A DNA stretch of 64,000 nucleotides from Clostridia bacterium (GCA_017405765.1 JAFQZS010000001.1:1874-65873); one strand, 5' to 3'. Numbered from the stretch's first letter, positions 1 to 8,050 are shown. Translations and numbers: made by a program. Notes: a model not told the origin generated them from the sequence alone.

Positions 1-151
1 TCACCGCCTGACCATTGGAGACTTATGAAGATTAATGAGGACTTACGACGGGATATGACGGCATTTATTCTGCTTTGCATCAAATGCAAAAATGATTTAT
101 TCTTGATTATTCGGTCCGAATAGTTTATAATATTCACACGAGGTGATTTTC

Positions 152-688
152 ATGGAAACACGGCTCGGAAGGATTACTGCCAGCAAAGCCGGCGGCACCG
201 CAGGGAGCGGATCGAAGACGTATAAGCTGTCTTTGCCTTCATCATGGGTTTCGGCAATGGGTTTTTCCGACGACGGCGGGCGTGTGATCCTTTCCTTTGA
301 CGGCGATGCGATCATTATTCAGCCACAGCAGAGCGTGAAACAGTACAGGGCGTCTCGACTTGCTTCGGGGCATGAGTTACTTGAGATCCGATATTATAAC
401 GGAGAGGACCTGTGTACGCTGATCTGCGCAGACCGAACGGTCAAGGATCTTCGAGCGGAGAACTATACGGACAATCTCGTAAAAACTGCATTCGGAAAAA
501 ACCTGCTGCCCTCATGGGTGGATCTGGAAGCTTTTCTTGAGGAGCGCTGTATTCCGCGTCAGCGGGCCGGGCTTCGAGAGTATTTGGAAATGCTGGGGCT
601 GGACGAGTACGATCCTCTCGCCATCATTGCTAAAACACAGGGCCGCATGGCTGGGGACAATCAATGGATGGAGGTGCGTGAGGTCTAA
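152..688 (+). CDS. Putative partner/antitoxin of the downstream HipA-like kinase: an AbrB/SpoVT-like N-terminal segment fused to a HipA N-terminal-subdomain-like (HipS-like) segment
   Basis: ORF 143..688. A GAGGTGA RBS is followed by ATG at 152. The stop overlaps the kinase start (TAATG, 686-690). The N-terminus 'YKLSLPSSWVSAMGF..GRVILSFDGDAIIIQP' looks AbrB/MazE-like. The C-terminus 'LPSWVDLEAFLEERCIPRQRAGLREYLEMLGLDEYDPLAII' resembles the HipA N-terminal coupling subdomain. Confidence 0.45.
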   Translation: METRLGRITASKAGGTAGSGSKTYKLSLPSSWVSAMGFSDDGGRVILSFDGDAIIIQPQQSVKQYRASRLASGHELLEIRYYNGEDLCTLICADRTVKDLRAENYTDNLVKTAFGKNLLPSWVDLEAFLEERCIPRQRAGLREYLEMLGLDEYDPLAIIAKTQGRMAGDNQWMEVREV

Positions 689-1506
689 TGACTATTCGAT
701 TTGTAACAGACGAAAAGGTAGCTGAGACCTCCTCAAAGGGAAACCAGGAAAAATGGCAGGACGGCGGGCGCTGGTACAAGCTGGATCAGTTTGGTTATGA
801 AGGACTCGCAGAGACCGTTATATCCCACCTACTGGAGTACAGCAATATCGAAACGCACACACCATTTTGCTTCGTTCGCTATCGGATGGAGCGTATGAAC
901 GTTCACGGAAGAGACCGAAGCGGCTGTTCCAGCGCAGATTTTCTGCAGCCGGGGGAGTCTATCATCACGCTGTCCCATCTGTATAAAAGGACTAACCGCT
1001 CCTTGAAGGAGGCATTGACGCGCCTGCCCAGCGACAAGAAAAGGATGGAGTGGCTTGCCGGGGAGACGGCAGCATTTACCGGTCTTGAAATGTTCCCGCA
1101 GTATTTGACACTGCTCTTTGAGGTGGACGCGCTGTTTTTGAACGACGACCGTCATCTGAACAACATCGCCGTGCTGGAAAAGGACGGGCAGTTCGACTAT
1201 TGCCCCATCTTTGACAACGGGGCAGGGCTTTTGTCCAATATCCGGGCGGCGCTGATGGATATCGATCCTGCGGCGCTGATCCGCTCCGCCAAGGCGCGGC
1301 CGTTCAATACGACATTCAATCGACAGGTCATTCATGCGAGAAATCTTTTCGGCTCACAACTGCAAATCCCAAAACTCACAGAGGAAGCGATCCGGCGGGA
1401 GCTGGAAGAACCGCTGAGCTTCTATGCGCAGCGCGATCGGGAGTACATTGCGGATCGGGTTTGCCGAACGATCTTGACGCGGCAGAAGGCGGCCGCACAA
1501 GTATAA
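688..1506 (+). CDS. HipA-family serine/threonine kinase, short form with kinase core only (type II toxin-like)
   Basis: 272 aa. Gly-rich loop 'SSKGNQEKW' (compare HipA 'GAQEK'), catalytic loop 'NDDRHLNNIAV' (D-x-H-x-x-N) and metal-binding 'IFDNGAG'. Translationally coupled to the upstream ORF. Confidence 0.7.
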   Translation: MTIRFVTDEKVAETSSKGNQEKWQDGGRWYKLDQFGYEGLAETVISHLLEYSNIETHTPFCFVRYRMERMNVHGRDRSGCSSADFLQPGESIITLSHLYKRTNRSLKEALTRLPSDKKRMEWLAGETAAFTGLEMFPQYLTLLFEVDALFLNDDRHLNNIAVLEKDGQFDYCPIFDNGAGLLSNIRAALMDIDPAALIRSAKARPFNTTFNRQVIHARNLFGSQLQIPKLTEEAIRRELEEPLSFYAQRDREYIADRVCRTILTRQKAAAQV

Positions 1507-1539
1507 GAATATCAGAACGAAAGAGAGGATCACATTGCC

Positions 1540-2133
1540 ATGGCAAACGTTTATACTATAAAAGTCATTTATCAAGGATGCGAAAACAGGATCTTTAGAG
1601 AACTGCAAATCTCCTCCAACGCGCCGCTCAGCCAGTTGGGTTATACTGTTCTTGCGACCTTTGATACTCTGGCGTATCACTTGTTCTCCATCTCCTGTGA
1701 CGGAGACTCCTACGAGCTTCCCGACGAAGACATGGAGATTTCGAAAAGCGAGTGTCTGTTCTGCGTAAAACTCTCTGACTTGGATCTAAAGGTCGGAAGC
1801 ATGCTGGAAATGATATACGACTTCGGATGCGAGCAAGTATTTTCCTTGGAGATCACGGATATTCAGCCAATGAAGAAGGGGGCAGGACGCTCCTATCCGA
1901 AGATCACCGCCGGCGCGGGATCAGGTATCATCGACGATATGCCGGCAGACGAATTGCTTGCGCTCATACAGGATATTGACAAAAACGGAAGCTCCTCGTT
2001 TTATTATGAGGCAAAGCGGCCGGATGTCGTATGGGATTACAGGAAGTACGACTTGATGCTTGACAATCTGCTGCTTAAGGGCAAGATCGAAGAGATCGCA
2101 GACGGATACAGCGCATTTGAGGCATATTTGTAA
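1540..2133 (+). CDS. pRiA4b ORF-3-like family protein (plasmid/mobile-element associated domain)
   Basis: 197 aa. The N-terminus 'VYTIKVIYQGCENRIFRELQISSNAPLSQLGYTVLATFDTLAYHLFSI' fits the PRiA4_ORF3 pattern (vYqlkV.L.g..P.iWRr..v....tL..LH..iq.a.gW...HLh.F). RBS AGAGAGGA. Confidence 0.5.
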   Translation: MANVYTIKVIYQGCENRIFRELQISSNAPLSQLGYTVLATFDTLAYHLFSISCDGDSYELPDEDMEISKSECLFCVKLSDLDLKVGSMLEMIYDFGCEQVFSLEITDIQPMKKGAGRSYPKITAGAGSGIIDDMPADELLALIQDIDKNGSSSFYYEAKRPDVVWDYRKYDLMLDNLLLKGKIEEIADGYSAFEAYL

Positions 2134-2263
2134 AATGGGCTTTTGCCATCCTCCAATAAACTTAGGAGAAACCCTTGCATTTTCTGCCTGAAAACATAGG
2201 TTTTGCAGCGTTTTTTTAATGCACTTGCTCTAGTGCGTTATTCACCGCCTGACCAAATAAAAA

Positions 2264-2291
2264 CAGTCTGCACGAATGTGCAGGCTGTTTT
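2264..2291 (+). terminator. Rho-independent terminator after the pRiA4b-like gene
   Basis: Stem 'cagtctgcac'/'gtgcaggctg' (one G-U pair), 4-nt loop, followed by TTTT. Confidence 0.5.
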
Positions 2292-2301
2292 GCAATTTCC
2301 C

Positions 2302-2409
2302 TCACTTCACCTCTACAGGGACGTCGGTGCTTGCGCGCACGATGCGCGCAAAGGCTTCGGCGTCGGCTTTATCCATGAATTTATCGCGGTCGTACTTCGA
2401 CGTTCTGCC
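2302..2409 (-). pseudogene. Detached duplicate of the last 35 codons plus stop of the glycyl-radical activase gene (repeat copy A)
   Basis: 106 of 108 nt are identical to 3608..3715. Both mismatches are synonymous third-position changes (GCC/GCT Ala, TTT/TTC Phe). No upstream activase body is present. Confidence 0.85.
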
Positions 2410-2498
2410 TTTTGCCGCAAATAAATCAACGATCCGTGCAAATGCGAGGACTGTTTTGTAATATATATATCGCATAGTATTGCAAAGGGCAGCAAACG

Positions 2499-2831
2499 TC
2501 AGTAAATAATGGTCAGATCGTCGCTGTTAAAACGACATTCGATGACGCCGTAACCGTCGGGGCCATCACCCCAATATTTGGCATAAATGTTGCATTCAGC
2601 ATTATACTTCGTTACACCCGTTACAAGCACAATCGTTCCGTCCGGAATCTCCAATTCTTCGCCGTTCACATTAACGGGAGGATATTCGCTGACCTGCCTG
2701 TATTCCGCTATTAAGGCTCCATGCCTTGGCGGAATATCTATTATGTCCTGTTGTGTCCAATATGCCGTCGAGGAATAATTTTGGAAAGCGATATAGAAGC
2801 GTGATTTGTCATCCTTCCGTTCGACAAACAA
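2499..2831 (-). CDS. Hypothetical small protein (110 aa)
   Basis: Open frame only. TTG start, no convincing RBS, no recognisable motif. Confidence 0.3.
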   Translation of the reverse strand: MFVERKDDKSRFYIAFQNYSSTAYWTQQDIIDIPPRHGALIAEYRQVSEYPPVNVNGEELEIPDGTIVLVTGVTKYNAECNIYAKYWGDGPDGYGVIECRFNSDDLTIIY

Positions 2832-2878
2832 ATAAGAAGGCTTACTGTATCCTCTCTTAAAAACCTGATTAAGGATAA

Positions 2879-3562
2879 CTACTTCCGTTTTATGAGGCAG
2901 CGATCCGGTTTTAATCCAACGACTACCGTTCCGCTCATAAGTCGGCGCAGTCCAAAGCTCCTTGTTTTGGAAATCGTCTGTACTTTAATCACATATTTCT
3001 CATCACTGGAAATCACAACGTAACCGCTTTCTCCGGCGTAACTCCACCGATCACGCCCTTCCGGTATCACTTCGCCAAGCACTCCGAACAAAATGGCGAT
3101 GTATGTAAAGATTGCAACCAACATGATAAATATGCGGGCGCCTTCCCCCGGCTTCTTCTTCGTTGACATCACCATTGCCAGAGGTAGCGGAAAAATGAAT
3201 ATCCAGCCCAAAATCCAGAATATCCAAACCCACGGCCGGCGTTCCTTTTTGACCGGCTCGACCGGCTCGGCGGGCCTTTCCCGCGGCGGATTATATTTCG
3301 GGGGTTCTCTGTAATCGTCCCCCGGAGGCGGGGTATAATGCGTCTGCGAGGAGGAAGAGGCCCGATTTGCTTCCGCCTGCGCGCGCTGTCTGCCCTTTTC
3401 AAAGTTGTAGCCGACTTCCTCCGCGTCCTCAACTCTTATGGTCCGCACTTCATAGTCGATCAAAAGCACGGCGCCGCAATGCTCGCAGTGCGCTTGTGTA
3501 TTCGACGGGTCGACCTTCAGCACCGCTCCGCAGCGCGGGCATGACAATTCTATCAGTTTCAT
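2879..3562 (-). CDS. Zinc-ribbon membrane protein (hypothetical)
   Basis: Strong RBS AGGAGGAGG. N-terminal 'CPRCGAVLKVD...CEHCGAVLLID' zinc ribbon, a Pro-rich linker, two hydrophobic helices ('WVWIFWILGWIFIFPLPLAMV', 'IFIMLVAIFTYIAILFGVLG') and a C-terminal beta-rich domain. Confidence 0.55.
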   Translation of the reverse strand: MKLIELSCPRCGAVLKVDPSNTQAHCEHCGAVLLIDYEVRTIRVEDAEEVGYNFEKGRQRAQAEANRASSSSQTHYTPPPGDDYREPPKYNPPRERPAEPVEPVKKERRPWVWIFWILGWIFIFPLPLAMVMSTKKKPGEGARIFIMLVAIFTYIAILFGVLGEVIPEGRDRWSYAGESGYVVISSDEKYVIKVQTISKTRSFGLRRLMSGTVVVGLKPDRCLIKRK

Positions 3563-3607
3563 AATGCCTCCTCCTTTCCGCTAAAGCGTTACGTTTTTCG
3601 CTATACT

Positions 3608-3715
3608 TCACTTCACCTCTACAGGGACGTCGGTGCTTGCGCGCACGATGCGCGCGAAAGCTTCGGCGTCGGCTTTATCCATGAATTTATCGCGGTCGTA
3701 CTTCGACGTTCTGCC
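3608..3715. repeat. Repeat copy B of the 108-bp duplication (functional 3' end of the activase gene)
   Basis: Pairs with 2302..2409 as a direct repeat. The two copies are separated by 1198 bp. Confidence 0.85.
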
Positions 3716-4516
3716 GAAGCGCAGGCTCTTCGACACGCCGAGCGGATGATACGGCTCTATCTCGATTTTTATTACTCCGGCGTGCGCCTCCGCGAGCGCG
3801 GCGATATTCTCGGCGTGCTCCGTTCGGTCGTTCTTCCCCGGTATCAACGGGCAGCGAAGCACGATCTCTTTTCCCCTGTCGGAGAGAAGCCGCAGATTCG
3901 AAAGGATCGGCGTATTGTCAACTCCGGTAAACTCAATATGGCGCTCTTTTGACGTTTCCTTTATATCAAACAAAAACAGATCGACGTATTCAAGCAGCGA
4001 CTCAAAGCTTTCCTTCGACGCATAGCCGCTCGTTTCCATGCAAGTCGAAATACCACGTCTTTTTGCCTCCATGAGTATCTCTTTTGCAAAAGAAGGCTGA
4101 AACATCGGTTCTCCGCCCGAAAGCGTTATGCCTCCGCCGCTGGTTTTAAAAAACACTTCGTCCTTGTATGCCTCGTCTGCCGCTTCGTCTGCATCCATTT
4201 CCCTGCCCACAAGCTCAAGCGCGCCGAAATAACACTCCTCGACGCATTTTCCGCATGAAACGCAAGCGTCACGCATGAAGGTATGGCCTTTTTCATCCAC
4301 CTTATGGCATCCGTTGGGACATACGGCCGCGCATCGCCCGCACATGGCGCACTTTTTTTCAAGATACGATATCTCAGGCATATGTTTAAGCCCCTCGGGA
4401 TTGTGGCACCACAGACACCCAAGCGGACATCCCTTTAAAAAAAGATTTGTGCGGATGCCCGGCCCGTCATGTATCGAGAACCTTTGAATATCGAATATGA
4501 CTCCTTTGCTGCTCAT
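3608..4516 (-). CDS. Glycyl-radical enzyme activating protein (radical SAM, with ferredoxin-like insert)
   Basis: 'FSIHDGPGIRTNLFLKGCPLGCLWCHNPE' carries the CX3CX2C radical-SAM motif. Two extra 4Fe-4S motifs are present: 'CAMCGRCAAVCPNGC' and 'CVSCGKCVEEC'. The gene lies 15 bp downstream of the GRE gene. Confidence 0.9.
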   Translation of the reverse strand: MSSKGVIFDIQRFSIHDGPGIRTNLFLKGCPLGCLWCHNPEGLKHMPEISYLEKKCAMCGRCAAVCPNGCHKVDEKGHTFMRDACVSCGKCVEECYFGALELVGREMDADEAADEAYKDEVFFKTSGGGITLSGGEPMFQPSFAKEILMEAKRRGISTCMETSGYASKESFESLLEYVDLFLFDIKETSKERHIEFTGVDNTPILSNLRLLSDRGKEIVLRCPLIPGKNDRTEHAENIAALAEAHAGVIKIEIEPYHPLGVSKSLRFGRTSKYDRDKFMDKADAEAFARIVRASTDVPVEVK

Positions 4517-4531
4517 GGTCTTTTGCTCCTC

Positions 4532-6625
4532 TTAAAGCTTCGTGCGTTCTATTATCTCCTTCTGCTGCCACTTTGCGACATTGATAAAATACTCGGAAAA
4601 ACCGAAAAGTCTTACCGTAAGCGTTCTGTACGCCTGAGGATTTTCAAGCGCCGCTTCAAGCGTCGCGCGGTCTACGACGGTGAGCGCCGTATGTATGCCG
4701 TCTATATCGAAGTAGCCCTTTGTTATCGCGCCTATCATTTCGGGCGTAACGGGATTCGAGAACGTTAGGTTTATGCCGCCGGACGCAGTGCGTGTAAGCG
4801 GAAGCTTCGCCACGGATTTTAAAAGCGCCGTTACGCCCTTTTTGTCCGCGCCGTACACGGGCGACTGATTCTCCGAAAAGGCCTCGCCTCGCTTTCTGCC
4901 GTCCGGAGTCGCCTCCATCGCCCATCCGAAGTTGTTGTGATGGTTAAGCGAATAGAACGAGCCTATCGGGATATAATCCTCGGGCCACTGCATCTCGTCT
5001 ATCGCGTCTAAAACGGCGCTCATCGCCGCGTTCGCATATCTGTCGCCGTCCTCGTCGTCATTGCCGAATTTGGGGAATCTGTTTTTTATCTCAGCCCAAA
5101 GAAGCGGCTCGCCTTCAAAATTGTTCTTGAGAATATTTACGAACTGCTCAAGCGTATATCGTTTTTCTCTGAAAACAAGCTTGTCTACGGCAGTTATCGA
5201 GTCTATCACCGTAGCCGCACCGCAAAGATATACGTTCACAAGATGGCGTTTAACGCCGCCCTCAAGCGGATATCGGCAAGTTTCGGCGCAGTTTCCCATA
5301 AACATACCGTCAAACGTATGACCGAGCCTGTCCATAACGCGCCATATTGTAGAATTTCCGACTGTGAGCAGAAGATCGTTTTCAAGCGTTCTCCTTGCTT
5401 CGGCCTTAAAAAGTGAGATGAGCTCTTCTGCGGAACGTATATCGGGCACTTCTCCCCCATTTACGCCGAGCACGTTGTTCAGCCACTGAGGCATGGGCAG
5501 ATACCATTCGTTTCTTATGAGCCGCCAGTTGAGATCGACGCAGCAGCATCCCGAAAACGTGTGATCCGCCGCGATCTCGGGAGGTACGCCTTTTTTCACG
5601 AGCGTATTAAACACAAGCCTGTCGTTGTATATATGCATCTTGTCGGTTACCTTTGAAATGGTGCCATATACCTGCGCGGCGAAGTCAGGATCGGCCTCCT
5701 CGTTTACTCTGTTTACAATAACGGGCTCGGGCATGTTCGATATTTCCTCGGCCCGAAGTATTGCATACGACGCCGCGTTAGACATTGGTTTGCCGTTTTC
5801 GTCAAGACCGCCAAGCGTCATATATTGTTTGCTTGCACGGGACGGTATAGGCTTCATCGGCGGGTTGTACATGCCGATGCCGCACATGAAGTTAGGCATA
5901 ACGAGGAAGAACGCGATCATCGCGTCTAGCTCGTCTTGTGTTTTTCCGTTTGCGAGGTCCTTTTCGTAGAAGCGGTTCAAGTACTGGTCCGGACGACCGA
6001 AGCCGTAGTCGCGCGCGCCGACGCAGCAGCTTGCAATAAAATGGATGAACCACACGCTCTGAAGCGCGGAGAACAGATCGTATGCCGGCTCCATCGGCAC
6101 TATCGAAAGCGCGCGCGCAATGCGCCCGAAGCGTTCCTTCGCTTCGCCCTCAGACGCGTCGGCCCGCTTCCTTGCGGCCTCGGAATAGCGGCGCGCAAAG
6201 CTTTCTATGCCCTCGTATATTTTTCGCGAGTTTACCGCGAACACCTTCGACTGTACGTCGCCCAGCATGGAAGCGCGCTTTTCAATATTTTCAACTATGG
6301 CGCGAACGCCCAGGGTCAAAATATCGTCGTATCTTAAATGGATATGACCCGGATTGTCTATAACGTTCGTATGCGGAACTGCGCTCCACGAGGGATCCGG
6401 ATGTGCCTCCACCATACGACCCGCAAACACGTCTTCGTCAAAAAGCAGCGGCGAAAGCTCCTTTAACATAGCCGATATTATATCGGCATAGCCGGGACGC
6501 CTTATGAGGTAAGCCTTGGAAAACCGCTCAAGTATTTCTTCGCGCTCGTAAAAGCAGCACAGATTATCGGAATCAAGATATTTTTCCTTTAAAGCCTCAA
6601 TAAGCCTAATATCGGTCTCTGTCAT
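4532..6625 (-). CDS. Glycyl radical enzyme, PFL2/dehydratase-like family, short (697 aa), substrate unknown
   Basis: C-terminal glycyl-radical region 'TLTVRLFGFSEYFINVAKWQQKEIIERT'. Cys loop 'FSGCCCVDLN'. Adjacent activase. RBS GAGGAGGA. Confidence 0.85.
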   Translation of the reverse strand: MTETDIRLIEALKEKYLDSDNLCCFYEREEILERFSKAYLIRRPGYADIISAMLKELSPLLFDEDVFAGRMVEAHPDPSWSAVPHTNVIDNPGHIHLRYDDILTLGVRAIVENIEKRASMLGDVQSKVFAVNSRKIYEGIESFARRYSEAARKRADASEGEAKERFGRIARALSIVPMEPAYDLFSALQSVWFIHFIASCCVGARDYGFGRPDQYLNRFYEKDLANGKTQDELDAMIAFFLVMPNFMCGIGMYNPPMKPIPSRASKQYMTLGGLDENGKPMSNAASYAILRAEEISNMPEPVIVNRVNEEADPDFAAQVYGTISKVTDKMHIYNDRLVFNTLVKKGVPPEIAADHTFSGCCCVDLNWRLIRNEWYLPMPQWLNNVLGVNGGEVPDIRSAEELISLFKAEARRTLENDLLLTVGNSTIWRVMDRLGHTFDGMFMGNCAETCRYPLEGGVKRHLVNVYLCGAATVIDSITAVDKLVFREKRYTLEQFVNILKNNFEGEPLLWAEIKNRFPKFGNDDEDGDRYANAAMSAVLDAIDEMQWPEDYIPIGSFYSLNHHNNFGWAMEATPDGRKRGEAFSENQSPVYGADKKGVTALLKSVAKLPLTRTASGGINLTFSNPVTPEMIGAITKGYFDIDGIHTALTVVDRATLEAALENPQAYRTLTVRLFGFSEYFINVAKWQQKEIIERTKL

Positions 6626-6710
6626 ACGCTATTCCTCCTCATCGTTTTATATCTTAATTTATTATCTGTATCGCCTGTATTTGTTCAAAAACACCAATAT
6701 TATCAATTAT

Positions 6711-6739
6711 ATTTTAATAAAAATATACATTTTTGTCAA
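6711..6739 (-). promoter_or_regulatory. Putative sigma-A promoter of the GRE-activase operon
   Basis: On the minus strand: TTGACA, 17 nt, TAAAAT, about 80 nt upstream of the GRE start. Confidence 0.45.
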
Positions 6740-6756
6740 GAAAATTCGCCCTCTGA

Positions 6757-6785
6757 TTGACTTTGCGTGTGAAATATGCTATCGT
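6757..6785 (+). promoter_or_regulatory. Putative sigma-A promoter of the ACT-domain gene (divergent from the GRE promoter)
   Basis: TTGACT, 17 nt, TGcTATCGT (extended -10). Confidence 0.4.
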
Positions 6786-6821
6786 ATATTTGTAAATCAT
6801 AAAGAAAAGGAATAAGACGAA

Positions 6822-7187
6822 ATGGAGCTTAAAATACTGCCCTGCGAGTTTACCGTATGCAAGGTCTCTGATATGGGATCTTTTGACTTAAGGCGGAAAT
6901 TTTACTTTATAGGCAAAACAGACGAGGAAATATCCATAGTTTGCCCCAAAAGCGATACGCCGCCCAATACGCTTAAGCGCAGCGACGGCTGGAGAGGCTT
7001 TCGGATCAGTGGAACGCTCGATTTCTCACTCATCGGTATCTTATCAAAGCTGTCGGGCATTCTAGCTGATAACAATATCGGCATATTCGCCGTTTCCACC
7101 TTCAATACCGACTATATCCTCGTTAAAGAGGAAGATCTTGACCGTGCCGTATCGGCTCTGAGCGCGGCCGGATATACTATAGTGTAA
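6822..7187 (+). CDS. ACT-domain-containing protein (ACT_7/CASTOR-like small ligand-binding protein)
   Basis: 121 aa. 'LKILPCEFTVCKV...' followed by 'WRGFRISGTLDFSLIGILSKLSGILADNNIGIFAVSTFNTDYILV', typical of stand-alone ACT proteins. Confidence 0.55.
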   Translation: MELKILPCEFTVCKVSDMGSFDLRRKFYFIGKTDEEISIVCPKSDTPPNTLKRSDGWRGFRISGTLDFSLIGILSKLSGILADNNIGIFAVSTFNTDYILVKEEDLDRAVSALSAAGYTIV

Positions 7188-7210
7188 TCATGCTTAAAAC
7201 GAGAAGCGAA

Positions 7211-7247
7211 AAGCGAAAGTCCTTCCTCCCGGACTTTCGCTTGTTTT
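7211..7247. terminator. Bidirectional terminator between the convergent ACT gene and yunB
   Basis: 12-bp stem 'aagcgaaagtcc'/'ggactttcgctt' with T-runs on both strands. Confidence 0.6.
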
Positions 7248-7965
7248 AATGCATCTGATAATCGTTTATTATACCTACTGTGTCGCTTTTGTCGCCTATA
7301 ACGTAAGTAAAGCCGCTCGGCACCTCTCCTACTATTACGGTCTCTGCAACAGTTATGCGCGAGGCGACCTGTGTTTTTGCATGCTTCCTCGGCAGAATAA
7401 CGCTTATATCCACGCTTACGTCAAGAAAAATACGGTGTCTTACCTGATTTATGCCGGCTGCCCAAAAGTCGTTCGATATTTCAATATTTACGATACTTAT
7501 CGGCAAAAAGCGTATGGGGATCTTAGGCCCCCGCTCAAGAAGCATCTCATTTCCAAGCACCGTACCAAGCCTTATTGATATATCGGAGGGTTTTATCTCA
7601 TTTACCGCCCGAAGGACGTTCTGCGATACGCGCGACTTTAATCTGTTTATTCTCACAGTATCCACCTGCATCGCGCTTATCTTTTTGTTTTCGTCATAAG
7701 AAAACGTGACGAGGTCGTTATAGTCTATTCCCTCCTCTGACAGCGTTTCGGATATAGCCTCAAATATCGCTTCTGAGAAAACGTAGTTGATCTTTGATAA
7801 AGCTTCCGCTTCCACCACGGGAGCAAAACGCTTCTCTGCCGCAAACAAAAGCGCGACAATAAGAGCGCTTGTCATTATAAATACAGTTATCCTGTACGCC
7901 GTATTGCGCGCGCCTGTTTTTGATCTTACGCGCGCCGGGCGTTTCTTAAATCCCGCACGCCGCAT
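7246..7965 (-). CDS. yunB: Sporulation protein YunB
   Basis: 239 aa. Basic N-terminus plus a single TM helix. C-terminal 'GINQVRHRIFLDVSVDISVILP' is YunB-like. RBS GGAGGTG. Confidence 0.55.
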   Translation of the reverse strand: MRRAGFKKRPARVRSKTGARNTAYRITVFIMTSALIVALLFAAEKRFAPVVEAEALSKINYVFSEAIFEAISETLSEEGIDYNDLVTFSYDENKKISAMQVDTVRINRLKSRVSQNVLRAVNEIKPSDISIRLGTVLGNEMLLERGPKIPIRFLPISIVNIEISNDFWAAGINQVRHRIFLDVSVDISVILPRKHAKTQVASRITVAETVIVGEVPSGFTYVIGDKSDTVGIINDYQMH

Positions 7966-8050
7966 TTTGCCACCTCCGATATATCATACTATGTTGTTTT
8001 TCATAAAAACGTGATATAATTTTTAAAAAAGCGGGAAAGGAACAAAAAAA

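Noticed and set aside
2203-2495. ORFs 2203..2424 (+), 2276..2461 (+) and 2313..2495 (-), plus a 57-aa chimeric frame (2302..2475, minus strand) that fuses 22 novel codons to the duplicated activase tail.
   Set aside because: All overlap the displaced activase 3' fragment. None has an RBS. They are by-products of the duplication junction.
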